This document shows, piece after piece, positions 26,433 through 39,382 of a stretch of 64,000 bases of DNA. Below the pieces are notes generated by a model. That model worked only from the letters and a program-made list of their open reading frames with translations, searched no databases and had not been told where the DNA came from. Both the position numbers and the translations under genes were made by a program. Positions within the stretch are counted from its first letter, which is position 1; each line of letters begins with the position of its first letter. Source of the DNA: Podarcis melisellensis (taxonomy: Eukaryota); the NCBI GenBank assembly GCA_964234715.1, contig OZ174275.1; one strand, 5' to 3'.

Positions 26433-26688
26433 TACTAAAGACAAGCACTTCTTATAAAATGTTTTGAAGAAAACCGTGAGTTTTTAGCTGATGATCTATC
26501 TATGGTATGTTAGAGAATTCAAAACTCATCTATGGAGGTTTCACTTCAGTAGATCGGATTGTTGGTCTTTTAATTTCTTTTTGTTTAGAAAATACTACGA
26601 AGAAGATCAACATGTTAAATGCTATTTCACTAAAATAGCCTATGCTTTGAACAAATTTGCTTCAAACAAAATAAATGTCAACACGTAC

Positions 26689-26797
26689 CCAGAAGACCCT
26701 CATAGAGATAAACCCGTAGGCTTGCATCTTCTGGTGCTCTCCCAGGACTGCTGCTTTTATTGTCTTTCATGGTCTGCTTCAAGCTATGAGATTTACC
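26689..26797 (-). CDS. MADD: MADD exon 25 (109 nt): [12 protein letters not shown]...RVYLYEGLL
   Basis: tttttaaag acceptor, G|gtacgt donor. Confidence 0.95.
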
Positions 26798-27272
26798 CTT
26801 TAAAAAAAGAATTTTAAATGCCAGTTTAATCAGGCATGTTCTATTGCTCTGCATATTCAACTACCAAGATTATTCTGCAAGCAATATATATTCCTTGTAA
26901 ACAGAAAGATAATTCAGAAGGTAAAAAGTGGACAGCAGAAAAAGCTTAAGCCACCTCTCAAATTCAACTCAGTTCAAAGATACTTCATTGTCATGATATA
27001 ACATTAGAGGCCTTTAAGATTTCCAAAGGTCTTTAAGAGGTTTATCACTTTAAGCCAATTTGCACTTACAAGGTCAATGTGCTTGCCACATATGTAATTG
27101 AGTTTGCAGTGCATGCACACCCTGGAATATATATGCTGGCTCAGAATTGCTGATACTTCTTCACTAAGGATGGACCATTTCTAATGTGATCGCTTTCCAT
27201 AAACTAATAGGTCTTTTACCCTACCCACCATCACTACAATAATTCCTAAGCAAAACCAAAGCATGTTCTTAC

Positions 27273-27431
27273 AAAGATGGTGCTAGTTGCTGAATTTGTC
27301 TCAATCTCACTGTCTGACACGGTGCCTCGTGATCCTGTCAGATTTCCACCACTTTCTCCACCAAGGCCATCACCAGCATTGCTGCTCAAATCACTATCTG
27401 CTCCTAATGTCTCCCCAGAGCTGTTGCTCAC
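27273..27431 (-). CDS. MADD: MADD exon 24 (159 nt): [22 protein letters not shown]...[13 protein letters not shown]
   Basis: cttcag acceptor, TTT|gtaaga donor. Confidence 0.96.
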
Positions 27432-28150
27432 CTGAAGAGGAAAACAAACTGTTTAAATGGTCAGTCCTTTATTCAATGTGAGTAGTTAATGTGGAGACAA
27501 AGATTTATTCAGAGTGCCACTCCAGAGAAAGCTAAATCTCAATAATTCCTGCATCCCAACCAAACGTAAAGGGGCAGGTTTTTGCTAACTCATGTTACAT
27601 TGGGACCCAGCACAGTATACTTTAGAATGTAAAGTGACTATTTGCAGGGCACTGTGTTTAATGTTTTAATGCTTTTTTTCTTTTTTAGAGCTTCAGTCAT
27701 TAAAAATAAAAGGCTGGGCCTCAACTTTTAAATTAACATTAGGAGGAAGTCAGATTCAATTTTTTTAAAGAAAAAGAACACTAATAAATGTCTATTCTTT
27801 GGCCCAACAGGACAATTTAAGATAACTGTAGACATTGCCACAATCATTAATTTACAACAACTATTTTCCAAAAATAAATGTCACAATTTAACAATATAAA
27901 CACAAATAAAATATGTAAGTTTACAAAACAGTAGCAGTGGATAGGATCCCCATACCTACCAGAGCATTTTATGTACAATTGGGGGACATGATTAAATGTA
28001 AAACAGGAGAAGGATGGAGTGTATGCCCTAGAGATGCACTCGGCGCTTGCAATTTACACAGGTGCTGAGTGAGAAAGTGCATGCAAATGATCAAGCCTGA
28101 AAAACACCACTAAAATAAAGCACAAACATTCCACTTCAGCCATGCCCTAC

Positions 28151-28234
28151 CACTGTGCTAACTTCAGAGTCTTGGCTGGTGCTTCGGATCATAACAGCAG
28201 GTCCCACACTTGCCACAGAATCCAAATCACTCTT
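28151..28234 (-). CDS. MADD: MADD exon 23 (84 nt long form): [28 protein letters not shown]
   Basis: tttcag acceptor; in-frame donors give exon ends at 28163, 28154 and 28151. Confidence 0.93.
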
Positions 28235-28567
28235 CTGAAATCATGAACAAAGAAGAAGAAAAATAATGCACATTAGTCATTACTATTTCTGCTTGGAGAC
28301 TTGGACCACACATTGTATTTGGGCCCAGACTACTAAGGAACTGCAAATCTCATGCCTCATGTTTCTAGCTTCCCAGAATCAACAACACTGGAACATGTGT
28401 TGCTTTCACATAATTATCAATGCTTCCCCAAAGTGAGTACACGCCCCCCCCCCCCATGAAAACCAGAATCTATGGACAAGGGCACAAGGAATTCTCACTA
28501 TTCTACCCCCATGTCAAACTCCTTGAGGCATTTCTCAAATAATAAATAAAATGTTCAAGACACTCAC

Positions 28568-28668
28568 ATGAGAGCTGGAAGTTAAGCTCAACCCACTATC
28601 TGCACTGATCTGGGATTTCTTCTCATCTGTCTCCCCCAGATCATGAGAGTGTTTTTTACCTTCTGACC
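28568..28668 (-). CDS. MADD: MADD exon 22 (101 nt): SEGKKHSHDLGETDEKKSQISADSGLSLTSSSH
   Basis: ctctttag acceptor, CAT|gtgagt donor. Confidence 0.95.
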
Positions 28669-31436
28669 CTAAAGAGAGGGAAAGTGATATTTCATTACTG
28701 TGAACAAGAAAATGAAAGAACCAGAAGGCAAATGATCGCTTTGGTGCATGAGAATTACCAAGGGGGGGAACCAGAGGATCTTCTCCTGTACTCTTGAAAT
28801 AGCATCAACCAGAAATATAGCCTGGCTGGTTGCAGCCACCATTCTGTCCAATACATAAATGCACCTGAGAAGCAGACCAACTGCCTTAAACAGTCACCCA
28901 TTGGAGAAAGGAAAAGGGGAAAAGAGACAAAGCAGGCACCAGACAGATTCCAGTTAATACAAGGCATGCCAAACGGTCGACACATGACTCTGGAAAGCCA
29001 CTTCCTTATGTCACAGATACAAGATTGCTTTTGTTGCTGTTTGCTTTTTGGAGAGGGGCAGATCTTATTGCTGGACACTTGGTACTTAATCTAATATGCT
29101 ACCATCTACGGCCAAAGTTATTATTTTTCTCATGTTCACCAAGTGACTCATGGTGTAACCATCCAAACAGTCGGCAATAATCATCTGCATACCAGAAATG
29201 AGAGCTTCAAATGGGACATTTTGGGGCAAAATAGCAATATTATACAGTCATTGTAGGGATGTATTACATGGCTCTCCAGAGTTTGTAACAACAAAGGTGA
29301 AGCAGTGAGTTTCAGCTGCTACGAAGACATGCATTCATCATCCCACCCTATCCATCAAGAAAACAAATGGTGAAGGGATTTATGCCATGATCATGCAGCT
29401 TCATGTTTTTTACCCTCCCGTGATGAGATGAAAGACAGAAAGAAAATGGATGAGAGGAGAGACAGAATTGAGAAGGGTTTGGAAGCTGTGTGCAATGGAA
29501 ATAAGGAGGCAGGAGAAGAATACACTGCAGACTACACAGGTCACCATTAAGAGCTCGAAGGGAGAAGAGACTGAATACAACCCTTCTGCCATAGCCATAT
29601 CTGCCAACCGTTCCTTAACAGGGACACATGACCAGCAGCTGGAGGATTTTATTTTATTGCAGATCTAGGATGTGTACAAATAATGATGTGTGGCAACTCT
29701 ATGTACACAATACAGCAATACCTTACATACCACTAAATATGATGAACTAAGAGTTAGGAGTGCAAGTGGGATGTATGATGTCTATCACTAGATACTGCCA
29801 ACATCAGAAAAAGTGAAACAATGTGCAAGAGAGAAAGAAAAATTATATATATGGTGCGCGTGAAAAAAAGACTATTGGTGTGCATTTTTGAGATGACCAT
29901 ATTATTCATGAAGGTAGAATTGTCAAAAAGATGGGCAGCTTATCCCAAAGGTTGTATATACTAGCTATGGAGTATATTTAAAGAGAGGGTTTTATATAGA
30001 ACATTCCAAAAATCAACTGGCATTTATAAACCTGACTTTAACATACATTTCCAGACTATGTTAGTACTTAGTTAGTACTTCAAACCCCTAAATGTTAATT
30101 ACAGGGGGCACGTTAATAATTAATTTTTATTTTTATATTTAAATCCTTGTTATATTCATATTGTCCCTTGTATTTCTGATATTTTTTATGATCTATGATA
30201 TTGTGTGTGTTGACGCTGGTCTGTGACCGTATTAATAAATTCATTCATTTATGTTAGTACTTAGATGCCTCTAACTATGATGCTAGAAGTAATAGAAAAT
30301 GGAATCATGAAATTCATTGGACTTGTTTTCAGATTCTGTCACAACTAAGGTACATTAGCAACAGATTCTTTTTTTAAAAAATACCTTTAATCAGTCAAAA
30401 GCATGATTTAAAAAGGTGTTATGAAAACACTAACTGGTTAATTTACATATTATTCCAATCAATTTAATAAGCACATAATTTAACTGTGGATTTTTAATCA
30501 TACTAAAGGTTATGACTGACTGTTATTCACAGTTAAGCACTGTGAATGAATATTCACGGTTCAAGGCACTGCTGGAAACAAAGTTATACATACAGAGAAG
30601 GCAATTCCTTCAAAATGACTTATCTGTATGGATTAGCCAAAAATATACCTTTGTCAATCATACTCAGAAGTTCCTTTGTATTTCAGCTAATTGATCGCAC
30701 AACAGAGAGAGTTAGTTAAGTGAGGAGGGGGGAAAACAAACCTTTAATACTTGGTCAGTCTAAGTCAAAAGTCCATAAAGATGGGAAATAGCTATTTCTT
30801 TAAATAAAAAACCCTACACAAAGTTATATTTGACTTGAATGACTACATTTCAAAGATTAAGTGACTAAAAGGGCATAAAGACCATATTCCAGGGAACAGG
30901 GAACACTTAAATTTCACAGAAATCAAGGGGAGTTAAAGTTCCATTCTATACACATTTGTCTGGAAGAAACCCCTATGAGACTAATGCCTGAGTTGATATG
31001 CATTGGATTACACTGCACAGCATTCAAATAACACAATTAAATTATTTGACTTCTCAGCAATCACTGGCCCAATTAAAGGTAATTTTGCTGAGGAAGGGTC
31101 ACTTTTACAGAGTCTAGTTTTAAAACATTCTGCTATCAGAATGAGGCAAAGGCTCCTCCAAGTCTCTTCTACTTCTTCAGTTAAGTATGGAAGTAACGTC
31201 TCCACCTAAATACGGAAGTTCTCAAAAAACATGGGCACAGACTTCAGAGATCCCCAGTCTATTAGAATAATTGTCTATTACTTATAAGATGGGATATGGC
31301 ATAATAAAAACATCCTTGAACGTTTCCCCACTAGCCTGTCTTTTAAAAGGAGTATTCTTTAAAAGAACCTAGGACCAGCAATGACTAAATCTGGCCAGCT
31401 TACTTTATGAAGTAAACAGGCGTCTTGGTTACATAC

Positions 31437-31538
31437 TTCTATAATGTGAATTGATATCTTCTCTATACAACCCAACAAACTTTATATTCACAGTATTTAA
31501 GTAGTGATACTCCTTTTTGTGTATTCTCAGTGTGTTCT
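31437..31538 (-). CDS. MADD: candidate 102-nt cassette exon in intron 21
   Basis: ttttataattctttag acceptor, GAA|gtatgt donor; phase 1-1, 34 codons with no stop. Confidence 0.4.
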
Positions 31539-31589
31539 CTAAAGAATTATAAAATAAGATTTCTATAGATGCTATAAAATAAGCTACTA

Positions 31590-31840
31590 CAGTGGACGCT
31601 TGGGTTGCGAACGGGATCCATGCGGGAGGCACGTTCGCAACCCGCAATGAGCGGGATCGTGATTCGGCGCTTCTGCACAAAGTGTGATTTAGCGCTTCTG
31701 CGCATGCGCCGAAACCCGGAAGTAACCCATTCCAGTACTTCTGGGTTCGGTGCGCTGCGCAACCCGAAAATGAGCAACCTGAAGCGTCTGTAACCCAAGG
31801 TATGACTCTATACATAAGTTCTTAACCCGAGGTATCACTG
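31590..31840. mobile_element. Tc1/mariner (Tigger-like) MITE with two right ends
   Basis: TA|CAGTGGACGCTTGGGTT left end; right ends AACCCAAGGTATGACTC (~31808) and AACCCGAGGTATCACTG|TA (31840); CpG-rich. Confidence 0.75.
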
Positions 31841-32239
31841 TATAGTAGAAACAGATAGAAATACTATACAATGTTGCTTCTGTAGTTATGTCAGCAATAT
31901 TTTTTTCAAATATTCAGTAAGTGGCATATTATAGGATAAACTATATGTTACACTAGAGTTAGGATAAACTGTATGTTACACTGCAGAAATTCAACTGCCT
32001 CTCCTTCTTTACAAAGAGCCTGTAGGCACTTTGAAGTGGAGGAGAAGGAACATGGGAAGGCTGGTGGGAGAGTTTCAACCCTTCCCCAATAGCCTATTTT
32101 CACCTGAAACTGCAGGGAGCAATCTACTATCACTTTCTACTTTATTCAGGTGCTACTGAAAAGGAATCAGATAGATATATCAATATAGTTTTAAAAATCA
32201 CACACCGTATAGTGAAGATACAGTTTGTAAATTTAAGAA

Positions 32240-32750
32240 GTTGCAATTTAAGAATGTAAGAAAATTTGAGAAGAATATTGACAAGCTAAAATGTGTGCAG
32301 AGGAGGGTGTCCAAGATGATCAAGGGTCTGAAAATCTGGATCATCCAAGATGATCAAGGGTCTGGAAATCAAAGCTTATGAGGAACTGTTGAGGGAGTTG
32401 AGTATGTTTAGCCTTGAAAAGAGAAGACTGAGAGAAGATATAATAGCCATCTTCAAATATTTAAAGGACTGTCACACAGAAGCTGGAGCAAGCTTGTTTA
32501 TGCCTGCTCTGGAGAGTAGAACCTGAACCAATGGGTTCAAGTTAGAAGAAAGAAGATTCCAACTAAACATCAGGAAAAACTTTCCAGCAGTAAGAGATGT
32601 TCAACAATGTAGCGGTCTCTCTTGTTGGAGGTTTTTAACCAGTGGCTGGATGGCCATCTCTCATGCATGCTTTAGCTGAGATTCCTTCACTGCAGGGGTG
32701 GGAACAGATGATCCTTAGGGTCACCTCCAAGTCTACAATTCTATGACTCT
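32240..32750 (+). mobile_element. CR1 LINE 3' fragment
   Basis: Degenerate CR1 ORF2 end (gtgcagaggagg...aagatgatcaagggtctg; ttagccttgaaaagagaagactgaga) and an attctatga tail; small internal duplication. Confidence 0.8.
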
Positions 32751-33438
32751 GTTATTCTAACTATGTGCATTATTAAGCACTATCAGTTTTATGCATTTGA
32801 CAACAACAACAAAAGCAGAATGTTGAAGTGGGGCTTAGCTGGACATTCCACTCTTTTGTCCCAAGGGTGGGAATCAAAGAACAACAACCTAGAAAACAAT
32901 ACATCATCTCTGTGGATGGAGAACTTCACATTCCATTTCCAGTCAACCACCATTCTTCATATTAATCCCCAAGGTTACTCCCAACCTCATACAAAATAAT
33001 CATCAAACAATAATTGTGGACCTTTCACATTGGACTTGAACTTTACATTTTATATCTGCTATTGGTTAAGAATTCAGGACAAACATATCTTTACACAGAA
33101 CACTCCATTATGCACATATTGCAGAAAACGTTGGTTTACCACCAAAGAGGGATTACAATTTCATGGGGGAAAGACTGACCAAAATTTAATTTATAATTCA
33201 GTGGTAAGGAAGGATTTGAAACTTGGCTGGAAGAGACTGTATTTTCCCCCTCTCCTTTCCTGATACAAAAAGGGCTATTCAGTGAACCCCAACACTAGAT
33301 TTCTTTAAGAAATAGTGACCTCCTTTGTCTGCCCTATGGCTCATGTGGCATGGGTGTTCAATCAAAGGCTTAGAGAGTTGGCAGTTATGGGGAGGCTTGG
33401 AGGAGTGTCAAGTTTCTGTCCTTTTATCATATTCTTAC

Positions 33439-33492
33439 TCAGTTTTTCCAAAGCTTTTTGCTTTGACACTTCGTTGTGCTTGTTCCACAATT
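33439..33492 (-). CDS. MADD: MADD alternative exon 21 (54 nt): ELWNKHNEVSKQKALEKL
   Basis: ttgagtag acceptor, A|gtaaga donor; orthologous to human ELWNKHQEVKKQKALEKQ. Confidence 0.93.
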   Translation of the reverse strand, partial: NCGTSTTKCQSKKLWKN

Positions 33493-34259
33493 CTACTCAA
33501 GATGCAATGTAAGCAGGAGAGAAAGACAGAAAAAATGTCAGATGCTGATCAGAGGCGGAAATGGAAAATAAAAATAAAAAATAAGCCACCCAATCCTGCA
33601 GTACCAAAGCAGAAATTAATGATAACTGGCATGTGAATAATTAATCACATCTTCAGTCAGAACAGGGTAGAGACTTCCATCGCCTTCATTCACAAGATTT
33701 CAAAATTAATACCTATATATAATTAACTGGCTGAGTAGAACAGCTAAGTGAGACTCACCTACCTGATCTCATTTGCCTTCACAGAAATGACAGATTAAAA
33801 AGAGACAGTGTCAGGTTCTTTATGTCCAACATTTAAAGTTTCTTATCAGTGGGTTACACAAAGAATACAGTATGTATTTTATGTATCAATGCGCCCCAAA
33901 CCACCAAAGATATTTCAATTCAAAGTGTAATAAGGGATAAGAAAAACTATTTCTATAAACACTAAAAAAACTATGTAAAAAAACAATTAGTTTGGGTCTG
34001 AATATGCCTGTAATAACCACTGGGCTTCTTCTAGCTTTATGTATGTTAACTATATCAGACTCCAAATCATTTTCATCAGGGCAAAAAGAACAGCAAAAAA
34101 TGGGGAGGGGATCTAAAAAAGAAATACACACCATTCTGTTCAAATGATACCCTAAATTTTCATCCCTGTGGCAGAAAACTTCAGATAATTCCAGATGCTG
34201 GCCCAATGGGCCAGTGGCAGAATCATAATAAGCTGAATGGAAATTCAAGTTGGAAATGC

Positions 34260-34346
34260 ATTACTGTATTTTAATATTTTGTTGGAAGCCACCCAGACTG
34301 GCTGGGAAAGCCCAGCCGGATGGGCGGGGTATAAATAATAAATTAT
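34260..34346 (+). mobile_element. L2-type LINE 3' terminal fragment
   Basis: ggctgggaaagcccagccggatgggcggggtataaataataaatta tail. Confidence 0.6.
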
Positions 34347-35482
34347 AGGAAGGAAGAAGCTAGGAATGCTACAAAGTAAGAAGCAAACTCAGTTCTTACA
34401 AGAGCAGAGAAAGATAAGTGCAGAAAGTTTCTTCTGCTATGGAAACAGGGTATGGGAAAGCACAGATAGAATTGGGAGAGGAAACAGACACAGAACACTT
34501 CAGAGCAATTCAGGATTTGTCTGCAGTAGGAGAAAGACAGCTAATTATAATTCATCCAGAAAACCTAATCAATTTCCCCATGCTTTATTTGATGGAACAA
34601 CACCAAATAAACAAACAGCGATAAGCACATTCAAACTGAAAATGAGATTTCTGGAGGCTCCCTCCATTCCCTGGTGCTATTATTTATTAAAGGTATACAC
34701 ACCATGGCTGCCCTTCTTTCCCCATCCATCACAATTCTGCTTGCTCCCTATGCACATTGGTACAGAAAGTTACTGTATCCATCACAGGGAATTCATCTCA
34801 AACTATGGGAGGGGAGTCATGCTTCAGAAACCCATCTGACAAATATGTTTGCAATTATATAGTTGTCTTTGCACAATCTCTTGAGACTGGGTAGGCTGGA
34901 TGGTGAGTGAACATAGCAAAAAGTATTATATTTGTTCTTGTAGGTTTTGCTTTGGTGGAAAATATAAGATTATACATTATACAGAAACACCCACAGCACA
35001 AGGGCTAGAATTGAAGATGAATGAACATGAAGTCCAAAGCTGCAATCCTGCACACTTGTACTTGGGAGCAGATCCCCAGAAATCAATGGCATAGTACTGG
35101 GCCATTTTCCTCTCAATAGTAATTTGTTTTTTGGCAACTAGTCCCTGGTGCACACACTCCCAAGAAACTGTTTCCATTACAGACCAGACTATTCTGCCTG
35201 TAAGACTATGTGAACAATGATTAAAGTTCCCTATGCCAGCATCATATGGCTATCTCCACTAGCCTGGCCATAAAATTCCAAAAAGCATAGAAACACCAGA
35301 AATGCTTAGCCAATATTTCTCCAAGCTGTGAGAAGAGCATATATGAATAGTCTTTGCAGTCCGAGTGAGAGTGAAGCACATTACTGCAGCAATGATAAGG
35401 CAAATGTTTCAATGGGAAAGATGCAATCAGATTCTAATGCAGTGCACATTTTCCTGCATTCCATATACACATAAATACACAC

Positions 35483-35689
35483 CAATAGAAGCTACAAAAT
35501 TTTCCTCCTTTAGACTCCTTGTGTCAAACTCCCTTGGCCCTTTCCCTGCAGGGCTTGGGGCCCTTGGCATGAGCTGGGGTACTGGCAGTTGCACCTTGGG
35601 TTTCGGTTCAACCCTCGTGGCTAACATAGGGTCCTTGCCAACCGGAGTGATTGCTCCCTCTGTTGGGCTTCGTTTTCTTTTTTCTGGCT
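35483..35689 (-). CDS. MADD: MADD exon 20 (207 nt): [12 protein letters not shown]...[14 protein letters not shown]
   Basis: ttttaaag acceptor, G|gtgtgt donor. Confidence 0.95.
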
Positions 35690-36079
35690 CTTTAAAAGAA
35701 AGGAGGAGAGAGAAATCAGCAGCCAAAAAAAGAAAAACACATACCAGCAATGGTAAAAATGGAAGGATTAAGAAAAAAAATGGGAGAAGAGAACAGAAGA
35801 AAAAGATGGTTCTGATGGCGTTAATCATTTGTTTACAGATAATGAAAAAACAGCTCTCACATTTAGATCTCAAAATCAATGTTCAAAAGCAGTGCTCAAA
35901 ACACAGGGTCTGAAGGCTTCGTACCTAGTACCTCAAAGTACATTTCTCACACAAGATTGACTGGCTAAAATTTGCTTCAGAAGACTTTCTGCAGGAAAGT
36001 CTAAGATCCAGTAAGTAGTACTATGTTATGGATTTAAACAAATTTAATACTGGGCAATATCAAACTACATCTCATAAGG

Positions 36080-36372
36080 GAATCCCTTTGCTCTGTCCCA
36101 GCTTCTGCCAACCTAGCAGTTTGAAAGCATACCAGTGCAAGTAGATAAATAGGTATTGCTGCTGTTGGAAGGTAAACGGCGTTTCCATGCGCTCTGATTT
36201 CCATCACGGTGTTCCGTTGTGCCAGAAGCGGTTTAGTGATGCTGGCCACATGGCCCAGAAAGCTGTCTGTGGACAAATGCCAACTCCCACGGCCTGAAGC
36301 ACGATGAGCACCGCACCCCATAGTTGCCTTTGACTGGACTTAACTGTCTAGGGGTCCTTTATCTTTACTTTA
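36080..36372 (+). mobile_element. Sauria SINE
   Basis: gcttctgccaacctagcagtttgaaagca...gtagataaataggt core; CTTT(A)-type tail. Confidence 0.85.
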
Positions 36373-36660
36373 CTAATAATTATTAATAATTCCAGCTCTT
36401 TGTCTTTCTAGTTCTCATGGCAAGTTTCACAATGTAAAGAAAAACCAGTTGTGCTGGGGTACCACATGGATACTAGATTTAGATAATACTGCATACTGTT
36501 CTTTGCAACCCTCTCACCTCCCACACTCCACCAACAAGGATGTACCCTTTTAAATTTCTCAACCTCCAGTAAAATTTGAATGGGTGCCAGAAGCTCCCTG
36601 TATATAATGTTTCCTCCCCCCCCCCCAATCATAAGCTTGATAAGGCAAGACACTGGGTAA

Positions 36661-36996
36661 CAGGAGTGGGGAATGGCTGGCCCTCCATATGTTGCTGAAT
36701 TACAACACCCAGCAAGCCTGGTCAGTGATGATGGGAGCTGTAGTTCTCATCAAGCACAAGGTCTGTATGCAAAATGAAAGTATATTATACACTAAATATC
36801 TCAATGCAAAGGATAATATAACACAAAATAATACAGACTCAAAAAATATATGTACAGTCTCAAATCAATCTTGGAGATATATATGCCATCTTACAAATTA
36901 CTATTCAATGTCTCTGAGTTCAAGAGTACAACTGTAATGTACTGAAGGGAGCTGTAGTTCAGCAATATCTGGAGGGCCAATGGTTCCCCACACCTG
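36661..36996. mobile_element. hAT-like MITE fragments (two pieces)
   Basis: caggagtggggaat...ggccctcca left end and tggagggccaatggttccccacacctg right end; related copy at ~54870-54991. Confidence 0.5.
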
Positions 36997-37428
36997 CCAT
37001 TTATATACACCATGGCCCTTACATACAACTGTATCATCCCGACTGTACTTAATAAATAAGTGCTATTGGGGCATGTGCCGTTTCCTTAAGCAGCTAAATA
37101 TTTGCACTTCTTCTCATGGCTGAACTGCTGAAATGAAATTAATTCAGACAAACATTTGGGTGTGCCAATGAAAACAAAGTAACGGCATTCTGTACTGGAG
37201 TTGACTGAAAATACATTAATCATTTTCTCCATGAAACTCCATGAATTATAGATGCAATTCAAAATACTTATTCCAATAATTACTCAAAACCTAAAGCTGT
37301 GATAAAATAAATGTGATTATTTGTTGTGCCAGAAAGTCAGACTAGCTCAGCTCTACAACAAGTAGGGCATTTCACAGATTTACATTCATTTATTTTATAT
37401 ATTTCATTAGTTTATCCCATTCTCTTAC

Positions 37429-37579
37429 CTTTGTTATAGTAGTGAGTATGAGCTATTTCCAGCAGACCAAAGACACTTGCCATTCCCCCAAGTCCAGCAT
37501 TTGCATATGACTGCTCAAGGCTTGACACAGTACATTTCAGCAAATCCAACATCCCTTTATAAACCTTGCGACTGATCTC
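37429..37579 (-). CDS. MADD: MADD exon 19 (151 nt): [16 protein letters not shown]...[12 protein letters not shown]
   Basis: ttgtag acceptor, G|gtaaga donor. Confidence 0.97.
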
Positions 37580-38244
37580 CTACAATGGAAACATTCATAA
37601 GGGTGAGGATGGGTCATTTATTAGGAACCTGTTTCAGCTCATTAACTTCCACTAAAGTAAGCCATAATTCCCTTGCATTCTAATTAATTTTCTGTAGCTT
37701 AACTACGCCTCCTTCAGCTTAGGACCACAGGAAGATGCTTTGTACCAAGTCAGGCCAACAGTTCCTCTAGCTTAGTATTCTCTATGCAAGTCACCAATGT
37801 TTCAGACACCACACCTCAAGGTACCAGAGACTGAACCTGGGACCTTTTGCATACAAGCATGTGCTCTACTACAGAGCTATTCCTGTACCTAAAAGAGAAA
37901 TTATCTTTATAGAATTACCTCTGTTAACTAAATCTGTGCAAATGCTTTTTCAAGGAGGGGGAGGTTCTGACAGCACTTAAGCAAACTGTTGTGAAGCCTC
38001 TCTAGAAAAACCATTACTCAATCTCACTCAATCCCACTGATCTCAGTAGCTTTCATCCTGTTTTTAATTTGCCTTTTTTCAGTAAGTTACTTCAGTGTAA
38101 TCAGTTCTAGGTCTTCTTGGTTTCCCTCAACTCTCCACAGCAGATCTAGGGGTCACACAGGTGCATGGGGAGAAGAGAGAGGAAGTTCCATTACACAGCC
38201 GAAAGTGCTTGTGCTAGTAGAACTGTTTGGTTGGATACCCTTCT

Positions 38245-39110
38245 GATTGTTAGGATCCTTTCTAATCTAGTTTCTGACCTGGTATTTGGAACAAAAATGG
38301 CCTTGGTCACTTTGGTAGATGATCTGTACCAAAAGATGGGCATGAGGCATCTGACCCTGTTGATTCGCCTAGATCTCTCAGCAGCTTTTAGTATTGTCAG
38401 CCATGGCACCCATCTGGGCCACTGAGAAAGGATGGAGTTGGGAGGCACAGCTCTGCAGTGGCTCTGGTCTCCCTCATCACCACCACCCTACCTCACAAGG
38501 GTCTCAGAAGGTCTACTACTCGGCCCCATGACCTTTGGCTTATGGAGGGCTTCAATGGCCCATCTTGTCCTCCATGCTGCTTAACATGTCTGGTTGAAGT
38601 CACCCTGAGCTTTTGGCTGGGTATCATCAGTATCCAGATGACACTAAGCTCTACCTCTTGTCTGCATTTCCTGATCCCAATGAGGCAGTATACTCACTCC
38701 CATTAAGGGAGATGAGAATGATATCATCCTGGTTTTTCATCAACTGCACTGATTATCAATTGGTTTCCTGGCTCAATTCTCTGCCTTGCTCTAAAGCCCT
38801 ATATGACATGGTAACAAGTTTGTTTCAGAATTACTTCTTCCCATGTGAACCCAGGAACTCTGCTGCACTTCAAAGGCCCTCTCCACGTTCCCTTCCCATC
38901 CTTTGTACAGGCATGAGAGAAATAGGTTTCTCTATTGTGACACCTAGATTTAGAAACAGCTTGCTTAGGGGGATGCACCTTTCCCATTGCAGCATGCTTG
39001 CCTTTTAGGAGGTGATGAAGGTATGTTTATTCTAGACACCATTCGTCTAACTGGGTCTCTGATATTCTAAGTACTGGGTTTTTAACTTATTGTTGTTTTG
39101 TAATCTATGA
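38245..39110 (+). mobile_element. decayed L2 LINE reverse transcriptase/3' region
   Basis: RT-like peptides GTKMALVTLVDDL...LDLSAAFSIVSH and YHQYPDDTKLYL, broken by frameshifts and stops. Confidence 0.8.
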
Positions 39111-39195
39111 TTTATTAGTAATGGTTTTACTGTGAGCACTGCAGCAGAAAGACAAAATAAAACCATTTAAAAGAAAAGAGGAACAGAGAACTGAC

Positions 39196-39382
39196 CACAT
39201 CCTGGACAACATCCTGCCGTGCATCTTCCTCCGATTGGATGGTGCGATTAAGCTTGCTTAATACAAAGACACGGAGCTGCTCACTCTCCAGGAGACGACG
39301 GACTCTCTTCATGTGAAACCAACCAACTCCTTGTCCATCTAGGACATTGTGCACCACCTCTTTCAAGAACTGCTGGTTCTCA
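39196..39382 (-). CDS. MADD: MADD exon 18 (187 nt): [21 protein letters not shown]...ARQDVVQDV
   Basis: atatag acceptor, GTG|gtcagt donor. Confidence 0.96.

Noticed and set aside
28759-28864. 106-nt AG...GT unit upstream of exon 22
   Set aside because: Frameshifting, implausible Trp-rich peptide, no other support.
30648-30690. Exon-like unit with a ctaac branch point in intron 21
   Set aside because: Gives an in-frame stop with ambiguous donors; a poison exon cannot be excluded but support is thin.
34565-34582. 18-nt microexon candidate
   Set aside because: Weak gtttt donor and an in-frame TGA.
35365-35913. 182-aa plus-strand ORF
   Set aside because: Antisense shadow of exon 20 plus purine-rich intron sequence.
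38165-39008. Reverse-transcriptase-like ORFs as an active retroelement or retron-like system
   Set aside because: Fragmented L2 LINE with a mutated YADD motif (YPDD), stops and frameshifts.
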